Source of the DNA: Nitrospirota bacterium
GTDB taxonomy: Bacteria > Nitrospirota > Thermodesulfovibrionia > Thermodesulfovibrionales > JdFR-88
Direction: 5' to 3'
DNA: 64,000 nucleotides
Assembly: GCA_021789555.1 (NCBI GenBank)
Contig: JAJYJK010000006.1
Coordinates: 36,445 to 100,444 of the forward strand
Shown here: positions 55,444 to 64,000 of the stretch, one piece after another
Numbering within the stretch: the stretch's first letter is position 1
Layout of the letters: every line of letters starts with the position of its first letter
Notes under the pieces: model-generated
Databases searched by the model: none
What the model saw: only the letters and a program-made list of their open reading frames with translations
Told to the model about the DNA's origin: nothing
Made by a program: the position numbers and the translations under genes

Positions 55444-55787
55444 TTGGAAAGGAGTTCCTTTATCTTGCCCTTCAGCTCCGTCAGGTCGGCGGACTTCACG
55501 ATGTACGCCTCGGACGCCCACACGGCAAAGTCGTCGCGGTAATCGTAGGCGGTGGACATTATGATCGGCACGCGGGGTTTCATCTCCTTCATCTTCCTGA
55601 GGACCGCGATGCCGTCCATGTCCGGGATAAGGATATCGAGCGTCACCAGGTCCGGGTTTTCCTCCGCGAAGGCCTCGAGGGCCGCCGCGCCGGTCTTGGC
55701 CACGACAATATCGTAGCCTTCCTCCTCAAGCTCTTCCCTGTAGAGCCTCAGTATGTGCTCATCGTCGTCTACAACCAGTATCTTCAT
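55440..55787 (-). CDS. single-domain response regulator (CheY-like)
   Basis: KILVVDDD...DLVTLDILIPDMDG...PIIMSTA...K: canonical receiver residues. Confidence 0.9.
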   Translation of the reverse strand: MKILVVDDDEHILRLYREELEEEGYDIVVAKTGAAALEAFAEENPDLVTLDILIPDMDGIAVLRKMKEMKPRVPIIMSTAYDYRDDFAVWASEAYIVKSADLTELKGKIKELLSK

Positions 55788-58700
55788 CTATCCCTCCTTT
55801 CTCAAAGGTAAATAAATTTTAAACCCGGTACCCCCTCCGGGCCAATTGCTCTCCACGGTGATCCGGCCCCCGTGCTCCTCGACTATCCTCTTGGATATGG
55901 CAAGGCCGAGGCCCGTCCCCATGGGCCTGGTCGTGAAAAAAGGATCGAATATACGGGTCAAATCCTCTTTTTTGATGCCGCAGCCGGTATCGAATATCTC
56001 TATGACCGCCTCGCCGTCTTTCTCGTATGCCTTTATGCCCAGGGTGCCGCCGTCGGTGGCCTGGTTGGCGTTTGTTATGACGTTCCAGAGGGCCTCTTTC
56101 ATCCGGTTCGGGTCTATGAAGGCGCTTACCGGCGAAATGGCCGCATGGACCTTGTTGCCCTTCTCCATCACCTCGGGCTCTATCATATTGATAAGGCCCG
56201 ACAGCAGCTCATCCAGGGCGATACGCTGCCTCGATATCCTCACCTCCCGGACGAAGCCCAGTATCTCCTTTAATATCTGCTCCAGCCGGTCGACCTCGGT
56301 GGAGATGATGGCGGCATATTCCTTAAGTCCTCCATCCAATTTCTTTTCGAGCCTCTTTGCGAAACCGCCGACGGAGACCATCGGGTTTCTTATCTCATGG
56401 GCGACCTTGGCCGCCACCTCCCCAAGGGCGGCCATCCGCTCGGCGGACTGGAGCCTCTCCCTGAGCTGCTTCATCTCCGTTATGTCCCTCACGACGTGGA
56501 CCACGCCTATGAAGTTGCCGTCCCCGTCGAAGAGGGGCGAGGTGGAGGAAAGATATGTGCCTTTCAGGTACGGGTCTTCGTACTCCTCGATGTTGGAGCG
56601 CCCCGTGGATATGGTGTTCATATGGGGGCAACTGGGAAAGGGCTCCTCCAGGCCGTGGAATATCTGGTAGCATTTCTTGCCTATGACCTCGTCAAGGCCC
56701 TTCCCGACTTTCCGCAAGACGGCCTCGTTTACCTTTTTAAGATTATAATCCTTGTCGGTCAGATAGACCATGTCGGAGATGGAACGGAAGATGTTCTCAA
56801 GCTCGGCCTCCGCCACGGAAATGCCCTCGAAGAGCCTTGCGTTTTCGATCGCCGCGGCCATCTGGTTCGAAAAGGTGTTCAGGAATTTCATGTCCTCCTC
56901 GGTGATCGGGCGTCCGTTGAAGAGGTTGTCGACCCAGAGGACGCCAACCACCCTGTTTCTGGATATGAGGGGCACCCCGGCATAGGCGCTCGTCCTGAGC
57001 CTTTGGACGATGGGAGGGTCGGCAACCGGTTCGGCCCCCACCTGGGCCACGTTGAAGGGCTTCATCTCCCTCACCGCCTTCGCCATGACGGTATCTCCGG
57101 CAATGTCCACCTTTATCTCCTTCGCCAGCCTGTCGAAGGGGGATTCCTCGGCCGCCCCCTTCGTTTCCTCTATCTCCCTTACGATATCGTGCAGGGTGCT
57201 GTGGGCCGTGGAGAGACGCTGCCATATCTTGCCGGCCTCATCCGGCGAGGCGGGGCCCACTCCCATTGCCCCCCTGAGGAAGTTCGAGGACTCGTCCACC
57301 CAGAAAAGGATAGCGCGGTTGAATCCAAGGCCGTCACCCATCGTGACGGCGGTCAGTATCATCCGCAAGAGCCTCTCGAGATCGAGCGTGCCCCTCATCG
57401 CGGAGCTGATGAAGAAGAGCCGGGAGAGCTCCTGGTTTCTCCTTATGAGCTCCCTTTCCACCTGCTTTTTCTTCGTGATGTCCTGCGAGATGCCGCTTAT
57501 GCCGATGACCTCTCCGATGGCGTCCTTTATGGGGGAGAGCGTGAGGTTCACCTCGATGAGGGAGCCGCCCTTCGTGAGTCTCAGGGCCTCGGCCTTTATC
57601 ACGTCGCCCTCCCTTATCCTCTCCATGTAGGCCCTCTCCTGCTCGCTGGCGGATTCAGGCAAAAACGGAAGGAATTTCCCCACCACCTCGGACTCCGTGT
57701 AGCCGTATATCTCCTCCGCGGCACGGTTCCAGGAGATTATGTTGCCTTTAAGATCCGTAGTGACGATCGCGTCGGCCGAGTTGTTTATGAGGCTCTCCAG
57801 GTACTCCTTGGTCTGCGCGACCTCCCGGTAAAGCCCCATTATCTCCTCCTGGTAGAGGACCCTGTCGGTTATGTCCTGTATAAATACGACCGCCTCGTCC
57901 ACCCGGCCGTCTTCGCCCTTGACGGGATAGGCCGTAAGTTCGGCGTAGTTGAGCCCGTTGGACTGCGTGATGGCGCTGATGTCCCCGGTGTCGAAGGTGG
58001 AACGGGCCGCGCAGTGGGGGCATATCCCCCCCTTGGGATGGAACACGTCCTTGGCGTTGTTGCCGATGACCTCGCTCAAGGGCAGGTCCATCCAACGTTC
58101 GACGTAACGGTTGGCAGCGAGGATATTGTAATCCGAATCCAGGGAGACGATGCCGCCCTGCACGGTCTCAAACAGGAGGTCCAGCCTCTTGTTGGCCTCG
58201 AAGACCTCCCGCCTTCTGCTCTCCTGCTCCTCTTCCATCCTCGCCTTCTCTATGGTGATGGCCGACATCGACGCGAAACCCTCGGCCATGTTGAGGTCCT
58301 CCAGGTCGAAGGGTTTCGGCGCCCCGCTTTCGCCGGCCTTGTCGTAGATGCCGAGGGTGCCTATTATCCTGTTTCCTATCCTCAGGGGCACGCAGATCGC
58401 GGATTTGGCCCTGATGGTCTTCGGTTTCAGGCCCTCCGGCAGCTTCACGACATCCTCAACGAAGAGCGACCTGCCTTCCCGGACGACCCAGCCGGCTATC
58501 CCCTCCCCCACCTTCAGGCTCTTCTCCTCCGTCTCTTCCGGGGATATGCCGTAGCAGGATTTTATGTTAAGGCTTTCGCCCTCCAGCAGCCGTATTATGC
58601 AAATCCTCGCGCCGCTAAGTTTTGCGATCTCGGCCGAGATGGTGGCCAGGAGGTCCTCGGGTTTATACACCGAGGTCAGCAGCCTGTTTAGCTCATATGT

Positions 58701-59969
58701 GACAGAGAGCTGTTTGAGCTGTCTTTTCGTAGTGGAATAGAGCTCCGCGTTTTTTACCACGGCCCCCGTCGTATGGGCCAGTATCATCGCGGTGTTTTTT
58801 TCGTCGGGGCCGAACCCCCCGGCCGAGGGCCTGCCCAGTATCAGGATGCCCTTGCAGATATTGTCCCTCAGTATGGGCGCGGCAATGAGCGAGCCGCATT
58901 TCCCGCAGGGCCCGTCCTTGCCGGCGGCGGCGGCCGTGTCCTCAATGAGAACGGGTTTCATCGTCTCAAGGACGCCCCTGGTTATATAAGAGTCGAGGGG
59001 CAGCGAGATATTGGAAAGGGTCTCGTCGGCGTTCGAGGCCTCCAGCACGAACATCTCGATCTCGGGATAGAGCAGAAATATGGCGCAGAACTCCGTGCCG
59101 AGTTTCTTTGCGACCGTCTCGACTATCAGGGTGAGGGCCTCCTTCAGTTCGGGGGTGGCGCCCGCAATCCGCGCGACTTCCAGCAGGAGTTCCGTCTCCT
59201 TCAGTCTGGCGCTTAGCTTGTTGCTGGATTCCTCGAGCCTCTCCAGCATCCGGTTGAACCTTGCCCCTATGAGACCGAATTCGTCTTTCCTGCCCGGCGG
59301 GATCCTGTATGCCAGGTCGCCGGAGGCCACCTTCTCCGTTGCCTCCAGCATCTCGCTGAAGGGCTGGCTGAGCATCCTCCTCATGAAAAGGGCGAGGAAG
59401 ATAAAGGCCAGCGAGACAAACGACACCAGCAGGACGAGATAGCCGGTCGTCGTCCTCCTAATCCTCTGTCCCAGGAGGGAGAGGCCGGCCATGGTGGTTA
59501 TGGAACGCTCGTAGCGTGAATCCATCGAGCCAAACAACCTGTCCCCGGAAGACTCCAGGTCTTTCAGGTACTGCGCCACCTTCCGGTTGCCTACCGGATT
59601 TGCAGTGGTGAAAATCCGGTCGGCCGACGTCCTGGCCTCATTGAAATCCATGGACATTTCATGGACATCACTTCCCCCGGCCCCCATGAGCTGGACGTCC
59701 CCGAAATTCCTGTAAAGGCCGGGGAGGCATTTTTTATACCCGTCCAGGTATCTCCTGTTGCCGGTAATCGCCCAGCCGTTTGCGTTTTTTACAAGCTCCC
59801 GGATGGAGCCCCTGAGCGCAATGAACTGCCGGTTGGCCTCTATCTCCTGGTTCGTAAGGGAGAGGTTCCTGTTTAAGTTCGAGAATATATAGAGCGCGCC
59901 CATCCCAAGCACGGCCGCCGCCGCCAGGAAGGCGAACATGAACATTATCAGCTTTAGCCTGATGCTCAT
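55788..59969 (-). CDS. multidomain sensor histidine kinase (TM sensor-HAMP-GAF/PAS arrays-HisKA-HATPase)
   Basis: The start is taken at M46 (MSIRLKLIMFMFAFLAAAAVLGM), 4 nt after the glgA stop. HAMP (ASGDLAYRIP), several GAF and PAS blocks, the H-box VAHEIRNP and the G-boxes DTGCGI and GTGLGL. Confidence 0.9.
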   Translation of the reverse strand: MSIRLKLIMFMFAFLAAAAVLGMGALYIFSNLNRNLSLTNQEIEANRQFIALRGSIRELVKNANGWAITGNRRYLDGYKKCLPGLYRNFGDVQLMGAGGSDVHEMSMDFNEARTSADRIFTTANPVGNRKVAQYLKDLESSGDRLFGSMDSRYERSITTMAGLSLLGQRIRRTTTGYLVLLVSFVSLAFIFLALFMRRMLSQPFSEMLEATEKVASGDLAYRIPPGRKDEFGLIGARFNRMLERLEESSNKLSARLKETELLLEVARIAGATPELKEALTLIVETVAKKLGTEFCAIFLLYPEIEMFVLEASNADETLSNISLPLDSYITRGVLETMKPVLIEDTAAAAGKDGPCGKCGSLIAAPILRDNICKGILILGRPSAGGFGPDEKNTAMILAHTTGAVVKNAELYSTTKRQLKQLSVTYELNRLLTSVYKPEDLLATISAEIAKLSGARICIIRLLEGESLNIKSCYGISPEETEEKSLKVGEGIAGWVVREGRSLFVEDVVKLPEGLKPKTIRAKSAICVPLRIGNRIIGTLGIYDKAGESGAPKPFDLEDLNMAEGFASMSAITIEKARMEEEQESRRREVFEANKRLDLLFETVQGGIVSLDSDYNILAANRYVERWMDLPLSEVIGNNAKDVFHPKGGICPHCAARSTFDTGDISAITQSNGLNYAELTAYPVKGEDGRVDEAVVFIQDITDRVLYQEEIMGLYREVAQTKEYLESLINNSADAIVTTDLKGNIISWNRAAEEIYGYTESEVVGKFLPFLPESASEQERAYMERIREGDVIKAEALRLTKGGSLIEVNLTLSPIKDAIGEVIGISGISQDITKKKQVERELIRRNQELSRLFFISSAMRGTLDLERLLRMILTAVTMGDGLGFNRAILFWVDESSNFLRGAMGVGPASPDEAGKIWQRLSTAHSTLHDIVREIEETKGAAEESPFDRLAKEIKVDIAGDTVMAKAVREMKPFNVAQVGAEPVADPPIVQRLRTSAYAGVPLISRNRVVGVLWVDNLFNGRPITEEDMKFLNTFSNQMAAAIENARLFEGISVAEAELENIFRSISDMVYLTDKDYNLKKVNEAVLRKVGKGLDEVIGKKCYQIFHGLEEPFPSCPHMNTISTGRSNIEEYEDPYLKGTYLSSTSPLFDGDGNFIGVVHVVRDITEMKQLRERLQSAERMAALGEVAAKVAHEIRNPMVSVGGFAKRLEKKLDGGLKEYAAIISTEVDRLEQILKEILGFVREVRISRQRIALDELLSGLINMIEPEVMEKGNKVHAAISPVSAFIDPNRMKEALWNVITNANQATDGGTLGIKAYEKDGEAVIEIFDTGCGIKKEDLTRIFDPFFTTRPMGTGLGLAISKRIVEEHGGRITVESNWPGGGTGFKIYLPLRKEG

Positions 59970-59973
59970 TTGT

Positions 59974-61404
59974 CTAAATCCCCATGGCTTCCCTGTAAAC
60001 CTCGACATACCGTTCGGCCGATTTCCTCCAGGAAAAATCCTCGGCCATGGCGTTCCTGATGACGCCCCTCCAGCGGCCCGCGCCGCGGTAGACGCAGAGG
60101 GCATACCACAGGGATTGCCGAAGCGATGCAGGCGACGCCTCCGCGAACAGAAAGCCCGTGCCGGCGCCGCTTAAGGGAAGGTAGTTTCGCACGGTGTCCG
60201 TGATGCCGCCCGTATCGGTGGCTACGGGGGGGGCGCCGTAGCGAAGCGCAATCATCTGCCCCAGCCCGCACGGCTCATACCTCGATGGCATGAGGAAGAT
60301 GTCGGAGCCCGCATAGACCAGATGGGAGAATTCCTCGTCAAAGCCGATCCGGACGCAAAGGTTTTTGGGGTATTTTTCGCCGAGGGCCTCGAGTTCAAGC
60401 TGATATGGCTCATCGCCCTTGCCCAGGAAGACAAGGTTCACCCCCTCCGCGACAGCCTCGCCTGCTACGGCCGCCGCCAGGTCAGAGCCCTTCTGGTGCG
60501 AGAGCCTCCCGACAAAGCAGACGAGCGGCCTGCTGGCGTCTTCGAAACCGCAGAGCGATGAGAGCTTTTTTTTGCAGACGCCCTTGCCCGTTAGGTTTTT
60601 GGGCGCGGAGTAATTTTCGGGAATATAACGGTCCCTGGCGGGGTCCCAGAGGCGATGGTCTATGCCGTTTATGATCCCGCGCAGCCGGTCCGCCCTCCTT
60701 CGAAGGACGCCGTCCAGCCCGAAACCGTATTCGGGCGTCTGTATCTGCCTGGCGTAGGTAGGGCTTACCGTCGTTACGATATCGGCCCATGTTATGCCGG
60801 CCTTCAGAAAATTCACCTTCCCGTAGAACTCGATCCCCTCGGGGTTGAAGATGTCAGGTGGCAGTCCGGAGAGCGGCAGGACCTCCGCGCGGAAAACACC
60901 CTGGTATCCCATATTGTGAATGGTAAAGACGCTCTTTGTCCCGGAGAAAAAGGGGTCCCGCCGGTAAATGTTCTCCAGGTATGCCGGCGCGAGGCCCGCC
61001 TGCCAGTCGTGGCAGTGGATGATATCGGGTTTGAAGCCGCAAACCCTTGCCGCCTCAAAGATGCCGCGTGAAAAAAAGATGAACCTGACAGCATTGTCCG
61101 GATAGTCGCCTGACGGCGTGCCGTAGAGCTCGGGCCTGTCATATAACTGGTCGCACCCGATAAACACGGCGTTTTCGTGCCGGTATAGACTGCCGATGAA
61201 AGCGTGCTCGCCGATGCTGACCTCGAAGGGGCCGCCAAAGAACCGGGCCGGGAAACGCTCCTTCACCGTCCTGTAAAAGGGCATCACCAGCAGGACGCGG
61301 TTGTTCATCTTTGCCAGCTCGGCCGCGAGCGCCCCCGCCGCGTCGGCAAGCCCGCCCGTCTTTGCGTAAGGGAATGCCTCGGGTGCGGCCATGAGCACAT
61401 TCAT
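59974..61404 (-). CDS. glgA: glycogen synthase (ADP-glucose type)
   Basis: The start at MNVLMAAPEAFPYAKTGGLADAAGAL carries the KTGGL motif. GT5/GT1 C-terminus (PSRYEPCGLGQM). The ATG overlaps the galT stop (ATGA). Confidence 0.9.
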   Translation of the reverse strand: MNVLMAAPEAFPYAKTGGLADAAGALAAELAKMNNRVLLVMPFYRTVKERFPARFFGGPFEVSIGEHAFIGSLYRHENAVFIGCDQLYDRPELYGTPSGDYPDNAVRFIFFSRGIFEAARVCGFKPDIIHCHDWQAGLAPAYLENIYRRDPFFSGTKSVFTIHNMGYQGVFRAEVLPLSGLPPDIFNPEGIEFYGKVNFLKAGITWADIVTTVSPTYARQIQTPEYGFGLDGVLRRRADRLRGIINGIDHRLWDPARDRYIPENYSAPKNLTGKGVCKKKLSSLCGFEDASRPLVCFVGRLSHQKGSDLAAAVAGEAVAEGVNLVFLGKGDEPYQLELEALGEKYPKNLCVRIGFDEEFSHLVYAGSDIFLMPSRYEPCGLGQMIALRYGAPPVATDTGGITDTVRNYLPLSGAGTGFLFAEASPASLRQSLWYALCVYRGAGRWRGVIRNAMAEDFSWRKSAERYVEVYREAMGI

Positions 61405-62399
61405 TTCAAAAAAGTCCCTCTCATGAAACGCGCCGCCTCTTCCGGCGGGGTCGGGTTCACATAAAAACCCGTGCCCCACTCGAACCCGGCTATCTTCGTC
61501 AGTTTCGGCATTATCTCCATGTGCCAGTGGTAATAATCGCTCTGCTCCTCTGAAAAGGGAGCGGTATGCACCACGTAATTATAGGGGGGGGACTCGAGCA
61601 TCAGGTCGAACTGCCTGAGTATGCGCTGAATGATCTCGGCAAGCCGTTTAAAACTCTTTTGCTGCGGGGCGAAAGAAGCCTCGTGGTTCTTGGGCAGTAT
61701 CCAGGTCTCGAAAGGGGCCCTCGGCGCGAAGGGCGAGATGGCGACGTAGCTTTCGTTTTCATATATCACCCTCTTGCCGTCCGCGAGCTCCTGGTCGATA
61801 ATGTCGCAGAATATGCACCGCTCCTTCATGTCGTAATGGTTCCTCGCCCCCTGCAGCTCGTCCCTCACCGTACGGGGGACGATTGGGAGCCCTATGATCT
61901 GGGAATGGCTGTGTTCGAGGGAAGCGCCCGCCGCCTCGCCCTCGTTCTTGAAGATGAGGACGTATTTTATACGCGGGTCGTTTTTCAGCTCCGTCAGCCT
62001 CAGGGAATATGCCCACAGGGTGTCTTCGACCGATTTTTCCGGCATCGTCGACAGCGACAGGAAATGGTCCGGGTTCTCCACCACCACCTCATGCACCCCG
62101 AACCCCTCCATCCTGTCGAACATCCCCTCGCCGCTTTTTTTCGGCTTGACCGAGGGCTCGAGGACAGGGAACTTGTTCGGCATCACCCGGAGCGTCCAGC
62201 CGGGCCCGTTCGGCTCGGAACCCGCGGGCCTGAAGGCCAGTATCTCCGCCGGTGTGGTATACTCGCCGCCTGGGCAGAACGGGCAAAACCCGCCCTTCTT
62301 CTTATGGATGACCGGACTGAAATCCGTCGGCCTCTTGCCCCTTTCAACCGAAATGATTACCCACCTTCCGAGTATGGGGTCTTTTCGCAACTCCGGCAT
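61401..62399 (-). CDS. galT: galactose-1-phosphate uridylyltransferase
   Basis: Zinc site CPFCPG and the active site ASLEHSHSQ (HxHxQ). Confidence 0.85.
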   Translation of the reverse strand: MPELRKDPILGRWVIISVERGKRPTDFSPVIHKKKGGFCPFCPGGEYTTPAEILAFRPAGSEPNGPGWTLRVMPNKFPVLEPSVKPKKSGEGMFDRMEGFGVHEVVVENPDHFLSLSTMPEKSVEDTLWAYSLRLTELKNDPRIKYVLIFKNEGEAAGASLEHSHSQIIGLPIVPRTVRDELQGARNHYDMKERCIFCDIIDQELADGKRVIYENESYVAISPFAPRAPFETWILPKNHEASFAPQQKSFKRLAEIIQRILRQFDLMLESPPYNYVVHTAPFSEEQSDYYHWHMEIMPKLTKIAGFEWGTGFYVNPTPPEEAARFMRGTFLK

Positions 62400-62465
62400 G
62401 GGGAAACCTCCCTTAGGCGGCTAAAATTAACCAAATATCAGCTTTTGTTATTATACTAGAAAAAC

Positions 62466-63497
62466 ATGAAACCCACATTTCTGCACAGGGCCGTAAACGG
62501 CCCTTTCGAGGACCCATGCGTCTATGTGAGGCTGCTCAGGGAGAAAAGGGCCCTCCTTCTGGACCTGGGAGACATCGGCAGGCTGCCGGCGGGGCTCCTT
62601 TCCAAGGTGACCGGCGCGTTCGTCACACACGCCCATATCGACCATTTCATCGGCTTCGACCACCTGCTTAGAAACATGTTGGGCAATGCCTCGCCCCTCT
62701 CCATCTACGGGCCTTCCGGCATAATAGAAAAGATCGGCGGCAAGCTCAAAGGGTATTCATGGAATTTGATAAGGCAATATCCCATCCGCATCGAGGCGTT
62801 CGGCATCTCGGAAGACGAGGTGAGGCACGCGACGTTCGCGGCGGAAAACGGCTTCGAGCCTGTTCATGGCCCCGCCCTGCCCTTTACGGGCGTTGCCCTC
62901 GAGGAGACCTATTTCAAGGTAAAGGCGGTCGTCCTGAAACACGATATAGATTCCATCGGCTGGAGCATCGAGGAAGATTTTCACATCAATATAGACAAGG
63001 CAGCCCTTTCGAATGAGGGCCTTCCGGTCGGCCCCTGGCTTTCGGATTTCAAGCAAAAGCTGCGAGCGGGCGCGCCAGGCGGCACAGCCTTTAGTGTGCG
63101 CCTCCCGGAGGGCGAAAGACATTTCACCCTCGGGGAACTGAACAGGAAGATCGCAAGGACCACCCGCGGCCAGAAAATCACCTACGTGATGGACTCCTCC
63201 CCGACGGACGACAACATCGGGAAAATCGTGGATTTCGCCGCCGGCTCGGACACGCTTTACCTTGAAGCCTACTTCCTGGACGAGGACATCGAACGTGCAA
63301 GACAGAGAAATCACCTTACGGCGCGCATAGCGGGCGGCATCGCGCGCAAGGCCGGGGTCAAAGACCTCATAATCATGCATCATTCCCCAAAATACCGGCT
63401 GACGCCGGAGGCGATAATCCGAGAGGCGTCGGAGGCGTTCGGGGGCCCGGTCACTCAAGCGGCAAGGGACAGGCGGCAAGGGACAACCCCCGGATAA
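62466..63497 (+). CDS. MBL-fold metallo-hydrolase (RNase Z/BN-like)
   Basis: The THAHIDH motif plus a downstream HHSP motif. Confidence 0.7.
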   Translation: MKPTFLHRAVNGPFEDPCVYVRLLREKRALLLDLGDIGRLPAGLLSKVTGAFVTHAHIDHFIGFDHLLRNMLGNASPLSIYGPSGIIEKIGGKLKGYSWNLIRQYPIRIEAFGISEDEVRHATFAAENGFEPVHGPALPFTGVALEETYFKVKAVVLKHDIDSIGWSIEEDFHINIDKAALSNEGLPVGPWLSDFKQKLRAGAPGGTAFSVRLPEGERHFTLGELNRKIARTTRGQKITYVMDSSPTDDNIGKIVDFAAGSDTLYLEAYFLDEDIERARQRNHLTARIAGGIARKAGVKDLIIMHHSPKYRLTPEAIIREASEAFGGPVTQAARDRRQGTTPG

Positions 63498-63565
63498 AAA
63501 TCATTTTCCTCTTGCCACCTGCAACTCCGGTGATATAATTTCTTTGGAGGGCGGGAAAGGTTGAA

Positions 63566-63781
63566 ATGCCTGAAAAGCTGGAGATAAAAGTGCCCAGGGA
63601 GATGTGCACGAGCTGTTCGCTTGCCCTTGAAAGATTTTTGGGCAAGATGGAGGGTGTGGGCTCCATAGATACCGAAACTGACAAGATAATAATAAATTAC
63701 GACAACGGGAAGATCAGCAGGCAGGAGCTGCTGAATATCTCGAAAATGGCGCTTGAAAAGCTTGGATACCCCTTGATCTGA
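63566..63781 (+). CDS. heavy-metal-associated (HMA) domain protein
   Basis: MCTSC (MxCxxC) metal-binding motif in a roughly 70-aa ferredoxin-like module. Confidence 0.7.
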   Translation: MPEKLEIKVPREMCTSCSLALERFLGKMEGVGSIDTETDKIIINYDNGKISRQELLNISKMALEKLGYPLI

Positions 63782-63837
63782 AACCACTCTCAGAAAGCGT
63801 GTAAATCTTCAAAAATATGAAAAGGAGGAAATTTGGC

Positions 63838-64000
63838 ATGAGAAAGCTGTTTGCAATTATTGTTGTGGCGCTGTCGATGCTCTTCATGGCCGCGGTGGCC
63901 CAGGCGGAGGACATGCCTGCGATGGCCGGCGATCCTGGAAGCGCGTCCTGCAACTGCCCGATGATGAAAGACGGCGATATGATGGGCAAGGGTATGATGG
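63838..64000 (+). CDS. secreted Met-rich protein (partial; runs off the right edge)
   Basis: AAAAGGAGG RBS and signal peptide ...AAVAQA. The mature part is rich in Met/Cys/Asp (CNCPMMKDGDMMGKGMM). Confidence 0.5.
   Translation, partial: MRKLFAIIVVALSMLFMAAVAQAEDMPAMAGDPGSASCNCPMMKDGDMMGKGMM

Noticed and set aside
56397-58691. 764-aa ORF on the plus strand
   Set aside because: It is antisense to the PAS/GAF histidine kinase, which has clear H-box and G-box motifs. The antisense translation is repetitive (Gly/Arg/Leu/Pro-rich) with no recognisable domain.

Overview
This is a 64-kb window from a GC-rich bacterial chromosome (about 60% GC, judged from hand counts of a few 60-nt samples). I ran no database or HMM search; all calls rest on motifs read from the translations.

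Most of the window (7.4-47.9 kb and 54-64 kb) is conserved housekeeping backbone:
- mtaB and miaB, then a Wza-like/Wzc-like polysaccharide export pair.
- An aromatic amino-acid operon (pheA, hisC, DAHP synthase, tyrA, aroA) running into cmk, plsC, ispH, rpsA, sppA and an IHF/HU gene.
- A Rieske/split cytochrome b complex, ppiB, yajQ, ffh, trxA, proS and mtaD.
- recR, ybaB and dnaX, followed by SRP RNA and tRNA-Ser(GGA).
- A REC-AraC regulator, PGK-like and PFK-like genes, polX, a DUF72 gene, scpA, a lolA-like gene and tsaD.
- A translationally coupled galT, glgA, giant PAS/GAF histidine kinase, response regulator and RumA-like operon.

Two accessory segments stand out:
1. 1-7.4 kb is a low-GC, single-strand block of at least 17 small, overlapping genes. 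It includes tail-anchored membrane proteins, a lytic transglycosylase, a 39-aa hyperbasic peptide, secreted beta-rich proteins and a 305-aa capsid-like protein. No portal, terminase, tail or integrase gene is visible. This looks like an integrated tailless, internal-membrane virus (PM2/FLiP-like gene content) that runs off the left edge.
2. 47.9-54.1 kb starts with an AT-rich spacer, followed by an amicyanin-type cupredoxin, a Cyc2-like fused monoheme cytochrome-porin, and a cytochrome bd-like oxidase with a C-terminal cytochrome c domain. Together these are a candidate outer-membrane-to-oxidase metal-oxidation / electron-uptake module. The oxidase is broken by four frameshifts and is followed by further gene remnants.

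Smaller observations include a decayed BTAD regulator, a low-GC aroA, in-frame tandem repeats in miaB, tyrA and mtaD, a palindromic MITE/REP-like element, a duplicated cmk start, an A7 slippery run in dnaX, and a nested inverted repeat between the PFK-like gene and polX. I saw no rRNA, CRISPR array, transposase or integrase.
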